Assembly: GCA_003693705.1 (NCBI GenBank)
Contig: RBZT01000525.1
Location: forward strand, 1 to 64,000
Length of the DNA stretch: 64,000 nt
Reading direction: 5' to 3'
Source: Polymyxa betae A26-41
Lineage: Eukaryota > Protista > Endomyxa: Phytomyxea
Shown one piece after another: positions 23,977 through 36,710 of the stretch; position 1 is the stretch's first letter, and each line of letters opens with the position of its first letter. The notes under the pieces are model-generated. The model was given only the letters and a program-made list of their open reading frames with translations, ran no database searches and was not told the origin of the DNA. The position numbers were made by a program, and so were the translations under genes.

Positions 23977-24823
23977 ATGTCGAGCACCGCCAAGTTGGGC
24001 GGCGCTGCTGCCAAGTGTCAGGCTTGCCAGAAGACCGTCTACCCGTTAGAAGCCGTCAATTTACCAGATGCCGTCTTTCATAAGCGATGCTTCAAATGTA
24101 AGTCGAATTAAACATGTAAATGAAAGTACTGAACATCACTCAGGTACGAAATGCGATTGTGTCGTGTCGCCTGGCAGCTGTGCCATGTTTAAACAGACGC
24201 CATATTGTAAAGTCCATTTCCTCGAAATGTTCAAAGAACGTGGGACGTACGCCGTTTTCGCTGATGATTACGATCCGAATGCACCAGCTTTCAAGAGTCG
24301 GTCTGGGCTTCAATCGCAGATTTCAGCAACCAGCGCAACGAGCGATACGCCTTCCAACTCAAGCTCTGACGAACCAATTGCTGCATTATCAGCACCCGCA
24401 ACGGTCGTTAAATCATCCGATGAAGCCGGCGATACGCTATTGCCACCGAATGGTTCTGTCGCAGCACGTCTGAAGAAATTCAATACGACCGATGCGGCCT
24501 CGTCGTCGCAATCCCAGCCTAAGCGAGATCTAACCCCATCTTCCACCACATCTACCGAGACGGCAAAAGACGAGGAAGAACCGGGAGCAGGAGACCTCCC
24601 GCCTGCTGATGGAATCAATTTCGGGATTTTTAGTTCAATTATGAAAAACGACCCTGCCGGACTTCGTGATGCTGTAACTGAGGCAGGCTTGGAGGCACTG
24701 TTTGAAAAAAACGAGAATGGGTCCACCCCGATCGAGTTGGCTTTCACCAGCGATAAACTCGAATGTGGCCGTGCCCTGATCGACATTGTCCAAGAGCAGA
24801 TCATCAAACTACGAGCCAGTTAG
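23977..24823 (+). CDS. LIM-domain protein with C-terminal ankyrin-like repeats
   Basis: KCQACQKTVYPLE...FHKRCFKCTKC...PYCKVHF LIM finger (intron near 24097-24143); C-terminal KNENGSTPIELA...LECGRALI. Confidence 0.82.
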
Positions 24824-25075
24824 AGCGACGTATTGCTAAGAATACAGCATACTTCAATGTTTATAGTTAGCTCTCGCCTTTGTCAGAGTCGAATCGAAAA
24901 TTCAATAGTCATGAAGACAGAACAGCGCAAAGCTGCACCTGTCCACCATCCTAACCTGAAAGGCTCCTGGCTGATAACATCGATACAGCTTGCGACTACT
25001 GCCGCCAACCCGCTCGGATATTCTTGAGGCAGCATTCGCAATGCTAAAACTATTAAATCTGCTGCCACGAGACGA

Positions 25076-26388
25076 TTAAGAACGACACATGCACCCGCAG
25101 CCAGATGGGCATTCCGAATCGGACCGAAACCATTCTGACATATGGTTGCGATGGCCGCCATGCAGACAGGATTTACAGAACTGCATGGCGCCTTTAACCT
25201 TTGTTCGACAGACAGAGCAGACAGCGCCTTCCAACGGGAACTGCACTTTGGCGGCCTCAACCTGAGACTGATCCGCACGAACGAGCGACAAAAGCTCAGC
25301 TCGGGCTGATAGTAAACCAAGCCGGGCCAGTATTTCAGCATATTGCAGCGCCAGCTTGTCGCTAGCTCGGAACTTATGAATGCCATCGCTGGGAGAGGTT
25401 AAGCCAACAAAAGACAACTCGCCGAAACCGCCCCGTGATATTGGCAGTTTGAAAACTGACGATAGTAAGGCAGCCATTTGAATGTCATTCGATGCCATAA
25501 ATTGTAGGGTGAGACGCTGAGCGAGAAGCCCGCCAAATGCATGATGTTGCCAAGGACGAGAGGCGCGTTCCGAATTCCATGCCTTGCAGACGTTGGCGGC
25601 AACCTCCCAAGCCCAAGAATGAACGTTATGCTGAGCTGCGCGAGCTTTGACGGCGTTCGATTTACAGATTGCTGCGGCAGATGGACCACAAAGCGAATAT
25701 TGGGCAGCTAGTTGGACGCTGAGCGGAAACAGGGCAGGCAAGCTGCAAATCATAATGGTGGTGCATGGCGAGGCACGGGTTGGTGCTGGTGAGGCGTCAT
25801 CACTGGACGACTCAAAACCAACTGTATCCTCATGATAGCGCTGATGCTGGAAATCACCATGGTATTCGTTCTGGTAGAAAGCACGAAAATACTCATCGGC
25901 GGCTGGCAGATCATCGACCGCGAATAGATCAACAGATAAGGTAGCCGGTGTAGGCGACGTGGCGTTTAAATCAGCAAACATATCAGGATGGTGATCCTCG
26001 TTGTCAATATCCTCCAGGCCGCAATCTAAAGCTGATTTTAGATCGCGATATGTCCTGTAATGTTGAGAGCTTATAAGTCCACAAAAGCAGAGATGCGATT
26101 CAAGAATGACCTTGGAAGAATAAGGGCTGTATTTGAAACATCCTGAAATCTAGTCAGGTTATTAAATACAACAAGTCGTCCATTCCATCCGAACACAGCC
26201 CCGAATAATCTCGGGCAGGCAATCGCAGCCGCAGTCGAATACGATCGGTTTCGCTCTTCGACAATGTCGTCCATCAAGAACAGCGACTGCGACGAACCCG
26301 ACAGCTGCAGCGATGTATAGGACGGGACATGGCGATGGTGGCCTTGAGAGCCGAGCTCCGCCATCGACGATCCGCTGATCAGATCCAT
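25076..26388 (-). CDS. GATOR2/SEA complex subunit WDR59/Sea3-like, C-terminal half only
   Basis: CPRLFGAVFGWNGRLVVF, W..HAFGG.L, DIQMAALLSSV, YAEILARLGLLSARAELL, C-terminal CSVCRTKVKG...CKSCLHGGH..HMSEWF...CPSGCGCMC; start position uncertain. Confidence 0.8.
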
Positions 26389-26611
26389 CGCCTCTGAAAA
26401 TAATCGGCGTTTAGATCTGAGCACAGTGCGGACATCCACACTGACACAGAGCTATACAAAAGAAGGCTTTTAAGCTACAAATTCGTTTTCCTAAATTTCT
26501 ACTCTTTGAAAATTCATACTACAATTGACGCGGTCAGCATAGCTAGATTGAAATATGCTCTATATCGTGTAAATTTTCAGATTCGCGTGCCCAGAGGTGG
26601 TAGATCTGTAA

Positions 26612-27753
26612 ATGATCAATGAGGCTCAGCCGCGCTACAAAGCCGCCTTTCGCCGCTTCTGTCTTAAACATCGCGTCATATTCTTGATGCGAGTCGACAA
26701 CAACGATTTCAAACGAATTCACGAAACTGTCTTCAAATTCGAACATGCGGCATGCACAGGGGATCTCGACGCCGTTGATGCTCTGCTAAGGAAGCCCTGG
26801 ATTGACAGCAGCGTTAGAACGCGAGCTTTTAAGAAAGCTTGCGAATTTGGCCACATCAATGTCGTCGAGCGACTACTCAAGGAACATGGCGTCGTTCCGA
26901 ATGCCCAGTTTAATTGGGCGATCCGGATAGCAGCTGCCAACAATCATTCGGATCTAATAGATCGATTATTAGCCATTGAGCAAATAGATGCCACAGCCAG
27001 AAACAATTGGGCTCTTGTTCGTGCAGCCGAACGCGGCCATGCTAGGATCGTCGAACGCCTTCTGAACGTTCCGGGAATCGATCCAGGAGCTAGAAACAAC
27101 TGGTCCATTATCAAAGCTGCAGAGAACGGTGTAGAACAGAAATAAAAGTTTTTTCCCATCTTACCTATTACGAAAGTTTTGGAAGGCATTTTGTTTGTTT
27201 CGATTCATTTCGCTAAAACTTACTTGGAGATTGCTGAAACCGTGGTGTTTAGGACATGCTGCAATTGTCGATCTGCTTCTTCATGTTCCAGGCGTAGACC
27301 CGACGGCGCTGGACAACGAAGCCTTAAAAAGTGCTATTCGTTTAGGCTGGTCCGATGTCGTCTGCTTATTAATCCAAGATGATCGCGTCCGACGAACGAT
27401 TCCTGATTTCGGTATTCTATCAGCATTCCAGCCAGACGATTAGTTAATCCAGTTCAGGGAAGCTTTTCCAAATCGCTACTCGAGCTGCCGTACGTAGAAA
27501 GCTGCTGGCAGCTATGAGAGAAAACGCAGTGAAGTCGATTCTGTTATTAGCATGGGCGAGGAATCCATTGCCGGATGCTATTCGCCAAAAGGTGCTTCTA
27601 TATTCGCATGGAATCTGGCTGACGGGCGCCAACGAGGAAGAGAACCTCAACATCATACGAAGCATCATGCGACGAGGTCGTCTTGGCCGTGCCCTGACCA
27701 GCGACGGTCGCCACACCAGCTTAGCTGAATCTCATCACTATGATAATGTGTAG
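26612..27753 (+). CDS. Ankyrin-repeat protein with a C-terminal helical/F-box-like domain (3 exons)
   Basis: About 6 ankyrin repeats of the IDP.A.NNWAI..AA.NGH..IV..LL type. Introns 27130-27252 and 27412-27457 (GT-AG, phase 1) join ORFs 26612, 27195 and 27514 in frame. Confidence 0.8.
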
Positions 27754-27790
27754 ACTGAATGTCTTCACTATAATAATGTGTAGAGTGAAC
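27725..27790 (+). repeat. 30-bp tandem duplication spanning the ankyrin gene stop codon
   Basis: ctgaatctcatcactatgataatgtgtaga followed by ctgaatgtcttcactataataatgtgtaga (27/30 identical), then a partial third unit. Confidence 0.85.
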
Positions 27791-28039
27791 GCAATAAAAA
27801 CTGAAGTGAAAGTCATTTTTACACACAAACTATTCTTCATAAAGGTCATCTTACCTGGTGATCAAAGTACATCCCGGGGCGCCTTCCGCGAGGTGCTCAC
27901 AGCTGATGTTGGCAGGGAATAGGAGAAGTAGCGGGCACTGAGCTACAACAGGGGTGGGAGCCTTACTCTGATCTGGGCGGAGAGAAGAATTGTTTTCGTC
28001 TCTAACTGCACAGCATTGAATTTATAATCGTTGTGGTCA

Positions 28040-28237
28040 CTCTTTGGAAGGGTGGTCGACGTTCAAGCATATGATCATACAGAATCAAGTAAAGCCACCT
28101 TGTGGCCAGGATCCGCTATCTGTATCCAGGAGATTTTAGACCATTGGCGGAGAAGAAAGATTTTGATATTATTGAAAGAAAATGCTGTCAAAATATATTG
28201 CATAAAGCAAGAATGCAATTGTAACAATCTGGGCTAA
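28040..28237 (+). pseudogene. Possible decayed fragment of a paralogue of the upstream ankyrin gene
   Basis: RRRKILILLKENAVK resembles RRKLLAAMRENAVK of the neighbouring gene; VVDVQAYDH loosely resembles GVDPTALDN. Confidence 0.35.
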
Positions 28238-28379
28238 GGCGATAATGTCGTCACGAATCGGCTCATCCTGAGTTTCTCCGCCGATTAACAAGTGGGATTG
28301 CGAGACGGCTTCATTCCCCGACGGCCATCGACCTTTTAAACAGATATCAAGACAATCATCCCATCATACAAACCCCAAA

Positions 28380-28692
28380 TTCAGCAATTCGATATTAATG
28401 AGAACAAATGCATAACGTCAGTATTCCTACGAATTCCATCAGGAGGCGAAATTATATCGCCGGAGACTCGGTCGAGATCTGCATGCAGGCGATGAGGCGC
28501 TGTCGCAGCCATCAAGTCGGTGTCGTGCAAATCGGGACGACGGCAGGCAACGACATCCGTCGCTGTACAGAGTCAGTTAACGCCTAAGTAACCATTCATC
28601 CTTTCGAACTTACCGACGAACGCGGCGCCTGATTCGATCCGGCTGTACTCCCCAACATCAACCAGCGCCAACAACAGCGACGTCAGTCGCAT
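28380..28692 (-). CDS. Small hypothetical protein with a hydrophobic N-terminus
   Basis: MRLTSLLLALVDVG... followed by a textbook intron (GTAAGT...CTGAC...ACAG) that restores the frame; 3' end uncertain. Confidence 0.35.
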
Positions 28693-28846
28693 TCGCGAAC
28701 TTCAAGAATGCACATAGACCGGGGCCACATTGGCCAATGATGCAATTACAGCAAGTCGAGGCGGTCGGGAGAGGCACGCGCCCATCCCCATCGTTAGCCG
28801 TCCAATCCAAGGAACGGGTTCAACCGCGCGCGCATGACAATATCGT

Positions 28847-29627
28847 CTACGGTTTATTCCGTTTCCGTTTTAGCAGGCTCGCCAGACGCGTGGGCTCGCT
28901 TGGGGTGCTCTCAATCTGCTTGATGGCGCGATTCGAGATCTGCAGTTTGCCTTGGCGATACTGGCCCACACCAATCTTGAGGCCGACGCCCCGATCCTGG
29001 GCCGAAGTCTGAGGGTCGCTGCGCTTCATGACGAGATTGCCCGCGGCCCGGTCCATCTCGTCCTGGCGAGCCTGGCGCTGTTTCTGTTTCTGGCGCATGC
29101 CTTTCAGGATGTTGATCGGTGTCTTGATGTTCTTCGGCGCTTTTCCGCCCAGCGACATGATCATCTTCGCCTCGTACTGTTTCTTTCTCTTGTTGTCGAG
29201 TTGTGAGGCGCCCAGACGCTCGATCAGAGCGGCATCAATACGAAACGCTTTTCGATCGAGCTCATGTTCTGACGGCGTTGTCCTAGGTCTTACTTGCCTG
29301 GAAGCGTCACCAGCTGCTCGAATTTGGTCGATTTTCGACGACTGCAAGAAACTCGTTAGAAACTCGTATAGTTGATGTATCAGTAGATGACTTTGAAACG
29401 TTACCAAAGAATAATCGGCAACAAGCACTTATAATCAAGCCATAAAAGTGGAAAATCCGGTTGGTCAAAAAATGTCGCTGTAATGAAGGCAAGCACCCAA
29501 CCATGAATAATTTCTTTTCGAGTCGATGCGAAGACGGTCTGGGAGCCTGCGAGGCAAACCGGGATCGCAACGGGCGCTCTTCGGTCCCATCGACGACGAC
29601 AACGGCAGGTCTTGTTTTGGCCGACAT
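28847..29627 (-). CDS. C1orf131/Faf1-like (DUF4602) small-subunit processome factor
   Basis: LGASQLDNKRKKQYEAKMIMSLGGKAPKNIKTPINILKGM and GLKIGVGQYRQGKLQIS motifs; first exon MSAKTRPAVVVVDG. Confidence 0.75.
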
Positions 29628-29893
29628 GACGCCAATTCCCTCGAAATCACAATTCCGCAGATTCCATCCAGAATCGAAATTTCCGCGCAATTGTGTTTTG
29701 CTTTCGCAGTTGAAGTTTCGCAAATTATTCCCTTTTTTCGGCGCCTCCGATCATCTCCAGGTTGGCGATTCACCGGGTACCACTTACAGCGCTTACCAGA
29801 GATCCTAATGATGTCACCGGATCTAATTCCAAGTATTGAAAAAATCACTTGATACGCTGTCTTGTTGCGCGTGCCCATGCCTGATTCTCGCCC

Positions 29894-31163
29894 ATGTCGG
29901 CATCGGCCGACGCCCTGGTGCTAGCTGAGCGTCACGCCCGGTCCCTGGAGCAGGTGATCGCCGATCACGATCTGCGTCTATGTAGCGTCCAAGACCAGAT
30001 TGGCACCTTGATTTCGGTCGAAAACTTCAATGATGCCTCCGACCGCGCGCTGTCAATCGATCAGGTCGAGCTGGCTGTTTCAGCGCTCGACAGCGACATC
30101 ACAACAGCATTGGCATCATATTTGAGACCTCGTGATATACATACACGCCTGGCGCTATGCTGCCGGTACGTCGACATGCTAGCGTGCGCGGATCGCGTCC
30201 GAAATCTGGCCAAAGTGTTCGGTATTCAACAGAGTACACCGTTCCTGGACTCGCTGCCGACCTTGGAAGAATGGATGCTATCCCAGCGTAGTAAAGGCGC
30301 GTCTGAAGATGACCTTCGATTGCGTATCGCTGACTACCAGCATCGTATCAAGTTACTTCAGCGACGATATAAAGGCGTTCCTGGATTGTACCAGATGCAG
30401 TAAGGTGTCTGATACAATTTTCATTTGTGCTAAGTATCAGTTTAGCGGATCGCGGTTAAGAGAAGCTGCCGCTATACGAGAAAAAGTTCAATCGGCAACC
30501 GCGTTAATTGCTGCCGTCAGAACTCAGTTAACTCAGCTTGTATATACGAAGAACTCGGTGTCTTCTAAATTAGAGCCGTTATTCTCCCAGACAGTAGAGT
30601 CACAACGATTGGCAGAGCAGATCTCGGAGCGAATCACCTCCCTTCGTAAGCGATTGCAACAGAATTCGGATAAGCACAAATATTACGATATGCTGAAGTC
30701 AGACCTGGACAAAGCTGTTCGCGTCTTTAATCGGTTTCAGGACGTTTATCAACAATGGAGTATGAGCCGAGCACAATCTACAGATTGCGTATCAACGAAG
30801 CTGCGGCAATTGATGGAGTTCTCTGAAGAACTGTCCCGGGCCAAAGAGAATTTGAACAACATGGTTGCCGCTGGTCCTTCATTCTCCGATATGGAATCTA
30901 ATAGAGAAGCCCGACGGATGGTGACTGAAGCGACGCTACTGGTGAGAATGATAAATGAGGTTAAAGAAGCAAATACGAAATGGAGGTTGCAGAAGGAAAA
31001 TGTTGCTAGCGAACTGTGCCGAGAACTTGCCCGGCTTCACCTAGGGCATGCAAAACTAATCGACACTGCTGAGAGATATGTGGAATCTTTCAGGGCAATT
31101 CGCAGCAAAGTATGTTCTAACTGGGTTCGCCATCTTGGTCCAGAATCTTTAGAAAAATTATAA
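29894..31163 (+). CDS. Uncharacterised coiled-coil protein
   Basis: Two long ORFs joined in frame by GT-AG intron 30400-30445; heptad-rich helical sequence. Confidence 0.7.
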
Positions 31164-31667
31164 TTTCCGCGTTTCCTCGAAAACCACCCTTCAAGAACTA
31201 ATTCAGCATCACATACACGATCATGCGCCGAAGTTTCTGTGTATTAATGAAAGTATGCCTAGTCGGAGATACTGCAACTACATCTGTTGGAAAAGCATAG
31301 GCTGCAGGGCCAAGATGCAAGTACAGTAGCATCAGATTAGATTCAGGTCATCGCAAAGGGAATCGACCTGGTGGTCCACGACGGGGCCTCCGGGAAGTAA
31401 CCACCACCGCAATCAGTGCGGCAGTTACAGGTCCCAATACTTGTCACAGTCTACGAAGAGGTGACGTTCCAGGATCACGTCTCTGGACCGCTACTGACTA
31501 CGCCATAGATAGCGACTTGAATAACAGAAGCGGCGTCACGGAGTTTTGACTGACCTCAAAGTGCGCCCTTTCGATTTTAAAAGCGATTTCGTCCACGAAA
31601 TTCGTAACGACGCGCCTGCTTTCGTGGTCGTCGGTGGCTTAAGTATCGCCCAACATATTTAGTCTTC

Positions 31668-32765
31668 ATGGACGGGATCAAATTCGGTCCGCATCCCGTC
31701 CCTTTTTTGTATGGTACATCTTGCTAGCCCGACATCGGCGACTGATTTTTTTGCAGCTCTGTTCAAGTAAAGAATGGTGTTACAACGTTGACCAACCGTG
31801 CCCCAGATCAGCCATCATTCCTGTCCGTCAATGATGATACCGAAGGCAATGTAAAATCCGAGGTGCCTCAAGCCCCTGATTGCCGATCTTGCAATTGTCG
31901 AAACTCGAAATGCCTAAAGCTGTGAGGATTTTTCATTGAGTGGAATTCGTTAGAATAATTTCTGGTGGCAGCTATTGCGAGTGCTTCGCTGCCTCACTAT
32001 ACTGTGTTGGGTGCAATTGCAATAATTGCATGAACACACCCGAGTACGATAAGGAGCGCTCCCAGGCCGTTCATAACATACAACAGCGCAATCCAGACGC
32101 ATTCAAAACTAGACAGGCTGGCAGCAAACGTGAATCCACAAGCTGTAGGTGTAAAAAGTCAGGATGCAGTAAAAAGTACTGCGAATGTTTCCAAAATGGG
32201 TAACCCAGGGTTTAACAGAATGATTCGCACAATTGCTTAATTCCTGATAGTCTATCATGTTCGGATGCATGCCAATGTACAGATTGTCAAAATCCGTTTG
32301 ATTTAAGCTCTAAAAAGGCACTTTCGCCCAACGAACGATTAAGGCCGCAATTCGATCCTTCTGCTATTGAGCCTGTAAGGCTCCTAAATCAATTGTGATG
32401 ATTATCTAAATGTTTGATAGTCCATCGTAAAACTAGCTCGTGATATGATTACGGCAGCACAACGTCTTAGCGATCAAGAAGCTGCTCACGACCTTCTCAC
32501 TCTCTCCTTCCTCTCACCTGACGCAACGTCAACTAAACGACAGCGACTTTCTGACGAAGCTTCAGGCGCCAAATCCATGAAGGACCCGCCATCCCCAAAG
32601 ACTGCCAGACTGTTATGTGATGAAGCTCCCGACATGCCTGGAATGGCCAGCGAAGGCGGAAGAAGCGATCTCTACAAACAGCAGGAAATCGAGATTCTGA
32701 CGAGGCTGGACGACTATCTGAAAGATGTCATCATAGACTCGTATAGCAAAGACCCCATGTCCTAA
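31668..32765 (+). CDS. Tesmin/TSO1/LIN54-like CRC (CXC-hinge-CXC) DNA-binding protein
   Basis: [38 protein letters not shown] hinge, CRCKKSGCSKKYCECFQNG...CSDACQCTDCQN. Confidence 0.9.
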
Positions 32766-33022
32766 ATAAGCAGTCGAAATGTGGGAGGGTTTCCCACTCG
32801 CGTGTCCACACTGTCGTCAGCCGCAGGGCCGCGTCCTGCAATGCTAAACAGCTCAAGGGCAGTTGCAAACATGACGTGACGGTGATGCTATCAAAACCCC
32901 TAATATACAGTGCCTCTGCACTCTGCGGTTGAAGGCTTCGCAGTCAAGTACAATTCGTGAAACCCTAGATAGTGACATTGCTTTTACGCAGTCGTCATCG
33001 TCAATCAGGAATTGCTGGGTGG

Positions 33023-35902
33023 ATGGCTCTCCTGCCTGAACCGACGCTGGAAGAGCAGCTATGGCCTGCTTACTTCGCCGGCGAGCAGCTCAATAGCGAC
33101 GACGATCCCCGTTTGCCATTCATGCTGGCATTCGCTGAGCACTTCGCAGGAGCTAGAAAAGCAGCGATTCGGAAGCAAGTTGAACGTCGCGGCACTGTAT
33201 ATCTTGACCTAACTGGCTTTGATGATGAAGCTCCGGTCGAGCGTTTTACAGAAATGCTTCGAATCGAGCCGACCAATGTTATCGGCTGTCTTCAACTAGC
33301 GATTCATCTTGTAGTACCCTGATTAATACCTCTATCTGTATTCACTTTAGAATCTAGATGCTTTCACGAGACGGTGTCGTGCTGAAATCCAAAGTCGTCG
33401 TTCGGATATTCAATTTCGGTCCTCAGCAGCAATTACAGCAGCTAATGCGGTCAAGCAACGTACAGAAGTTTGTTAGCCTACATGGCACTGTCGTTCGCAT
33501 GACTTCGGTTCAACCCCTCGTTACGTCAATGCACTTCGTATGCCCAGCATGTAATTCCAACACTGAAGTGCATTTCCCTGACGGGAAATACGATCCGCCA
33601 GCTGGGTGACAAACCACAAAGAATCATTTCGACCCTCTAACGGATGTTCGTATCGCAGTTGCACAAACTCTGACTGTAGAAGTCGTAGCATGCAACCGGA
33701 TCGATCGAGTGCTGTAACCGTTGATTACCAGAAGCTTCGCCTACAGGAGTTGTTTAGCGATACCGGTGCCGAAGTCGGACGTGTTCCGAGATCGATAGAA
33801 ATCGAACTGACGCAAGATTTGGTTGATTCGTGTCTGCCCGGTGACGCTGTCACTGTCTCTGGAATTATCAAAGTGTGTATGACATTCTCTCTGATTCGAT
33901 CAAGTTCTTTCTCAGACCACCTAGTAACATTTTGAAAGGCTTTGAAAGCGGATTCGCGGTCCGGTGGACCAAGACAGGAAACATGTCTTTATATCCTTTA
34001 CGTCGTTGCAAATTCCATTGTCTGCGGCAAGCGGAAATTAAAAACAACAGAACTGGAGGAGCGACCTGATTTCATTTCTGATGAGGGTGTTGCTAGGCCT
34101 CTCTCCAATTCTGGTCCTTCGTTTACGCTCCAAGACTTAAATGGAATTCGTGAAATTTATTCACAGCCGCATCTTTTCGAACTCATCGTCAATTCTCTTT
34201 GTCCCGGAATTTTTGGCCATGAACTCGTCAAAGGTTCGAATGCATTCATCCTGATCTAAGCATTCACTGGATTCAGCTGGCCTGTGTCTGGGATTATTTT
34301 CCGGTGTTCGCCGAAATAGTGGCACTAATCATAAAATTCCTATGCGAGGTGACATTCACGTTCTCATGTTAGGAGATCCTGGTAATGCCTCGAGGGTTTT
34401 CTGTATTGTTTACTGCGCTCCTGTTCATTCGCATCTAAGGAGGGCTTGCTGACGTTATAACTCAGGAATGGGAAAATCTCAATTGTTACGCGCTTGCACA
34501 GTTGTAGCGCCTCGTGCTGTTTACGTTTGCGGTAACTCTACGACGACCGCCGGTCTTACAGTTTCAATGATCAAGGACTCTAATGGCGACTCTGCTCTAG
34601 AAGCTGGTGCTTTAGTGTTAGCCGACACTGGACTTTGTTGTATTGATGAATTTGATAAAATTACTTCCGATCCGCAAGCACTTTTAGAAGCGTTGGAACA
34701 GCAAAGCATCTCAATTGCCAAGGTCGATCCTGTTAACGATTGATAAATGTGCTTACTAATATACGATTGTAGGCGGGAATATGCTGCTCGTTGTCTGCAA
34801 GGGCAACTGTGTTTGTTGCTGCTAATCCGATCGGAGGTCACTACAAGTAGTTGCTATCGCCTTGATAATTCTCAGCTTAAATTCGCATAGCCATACAAAG
34901 ACTATGCTGGAAAACATGAGGATATCCCCTGCGCTCTTATCTCGATTCGATTTGGTTTTCGTCCTGCTTGATAAACCCGATGCTCGCCGTGATGAGCTTC
35001 TCTCTGAGCACGTTTTGGCTGTAAGTATTCGGATATTTATAGTCTTGCTTTGTAACCCAACGGCTGTAGCTACATTCAGGTAATAGCTCCTTAACTCAGA
35101 GCTCAAGATCGTCTGTTCGCGGAACTCAAGGTTCGCCAGTCCGTATTTTGTTATATTACTGTCAACAAGTACTTAGAGCTCGCTTCAACTTGTAACACTC
35201 AAATTATATCAACACCAGAAACGGATTTGTCGAAGCGCATCAAGTATTTTGGAAGTTTATCACATAATGTCGAGCCAATTCCGCCAGAGTTACTGCGGAA
35301 GTACATTGCTTACGCCAAAGAGTTCGTTCGACCCAGGTACATCTACTCAATTGGTCCTCTGCCGATTCAGACGATTTTTCCTGTAGGTTATCACAAGAAG
35401 CGAAGAAGATCTTGAAGTCCTTCTATTTGACATTGCGGCGCGATCGCAACAGCGCTGACAACAGCCATGTTACGATTCGGCAACTGGAATCATTAGTTCG
35501 TTTGGGCGAAGCGCGAGCCCGAATGGAGCTGCGGGAGACAGTAACAAGCCAAGATGCATCGGTCCGACCCGGATTCTCGTTTGAGCTTTTCTTATCCCCA
35601 ATTAGGACGCTGTCGAGATTATGAAGGCTTCTTTATTTGATTTGTATTCAGACGACTTCCCTCCAGTGGAATGTGATGCCAATGAAGCGAAGGCGTACGG
35701 TTCCAAAAAAAATGCAACCTTCATGAAAGCTTTGAAGCGAGCAGCGCGTGACAGGGATTCAACGGTATTTAGCACCAAAGAGATGATTGCAATAGCCAAG
35801 TCTGCCGGTGTTGTCATGCGTGACTATAACGTTTTCATTGATCAGCTGAATCAACAAAATCTCATACTTTGCAAAGGGGGGAACCAGTTTCAAGTTCTTT
35901 GA
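33023..35902 (+). CDS. MCM8: DNA helicase MCM8
   Basis: [110 protein letters not shown], and a C-terminal winged helix. Confidence 0.92.
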
Positions 35903-36710
35903 TAGCTTCCTGTCCAGTCTTTCCAGCTTTAGACTAATAAAGCCGCCAGACATCAGCGTTTATTTATGCAACAAACTTGGCAATATCTATGCATGCTTAA
36001 GTCAACCTCAGGGAACCGCACCGGGCGACTGCTGATGTCGTCGCAGTCTAAACAACAAGGCGAAATCAGCATGATCGATTACATCCAGCGGACAGCGAAG
36101 TATTTCTTACTCTTATAATGACTAGTTTTAGCTTTCTGATTTCTGTTTCATCAAACGAACTCTTCTTGGTTGAACGCAATTGTGGATGGCTTGTTCCGAA
36201 AATCACAGTCTCAACAAGCAAGCGATCTTGAACAAATAAACGCAGAGATGCTTGCTAATCTAATAATACTGGTTGGATTGGATTCAAATGTTTTTTTATA
36301 CCATCGGTCAGTGCTGAATCCTTACCAAGGCCTGAGGTACGTCGACTTATCACCTTTGTGATCCTCAGGAGCTCCTACTTCCGTTTTCAGAGCTGGCAGT
36401 AATTGCCCGATGTCACTCAAAGTTACTGACAGTAAAAGGACATCACGATAATCATGGTTTTTACTTAAGTTTATTCCAGCTATGAGCTATGATCTCACAT
36501 CAAACCGCTGCTACTTGTACTGTAGCAGTTCACACTTACCCTCATTTTGGAATTCTGCCAAAATGGTAATCATGAGTCATGAACATTTATTACAGGATTT
36601 ATCTAAACTATATTTTATGTACAATCTTATTAGATATAATGAACACGGAAATATTAGCTTCAGTGCAATAATCTTAAATGCCCTAGTGAAGGATGACGGC
36701 TACTCAAGTT

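Noticed and set aside
30375-30445. Possible GC-AG non-canonical intron
   Set aside because: A canonical GT-AG intron at 30400-30445 restores the frame.
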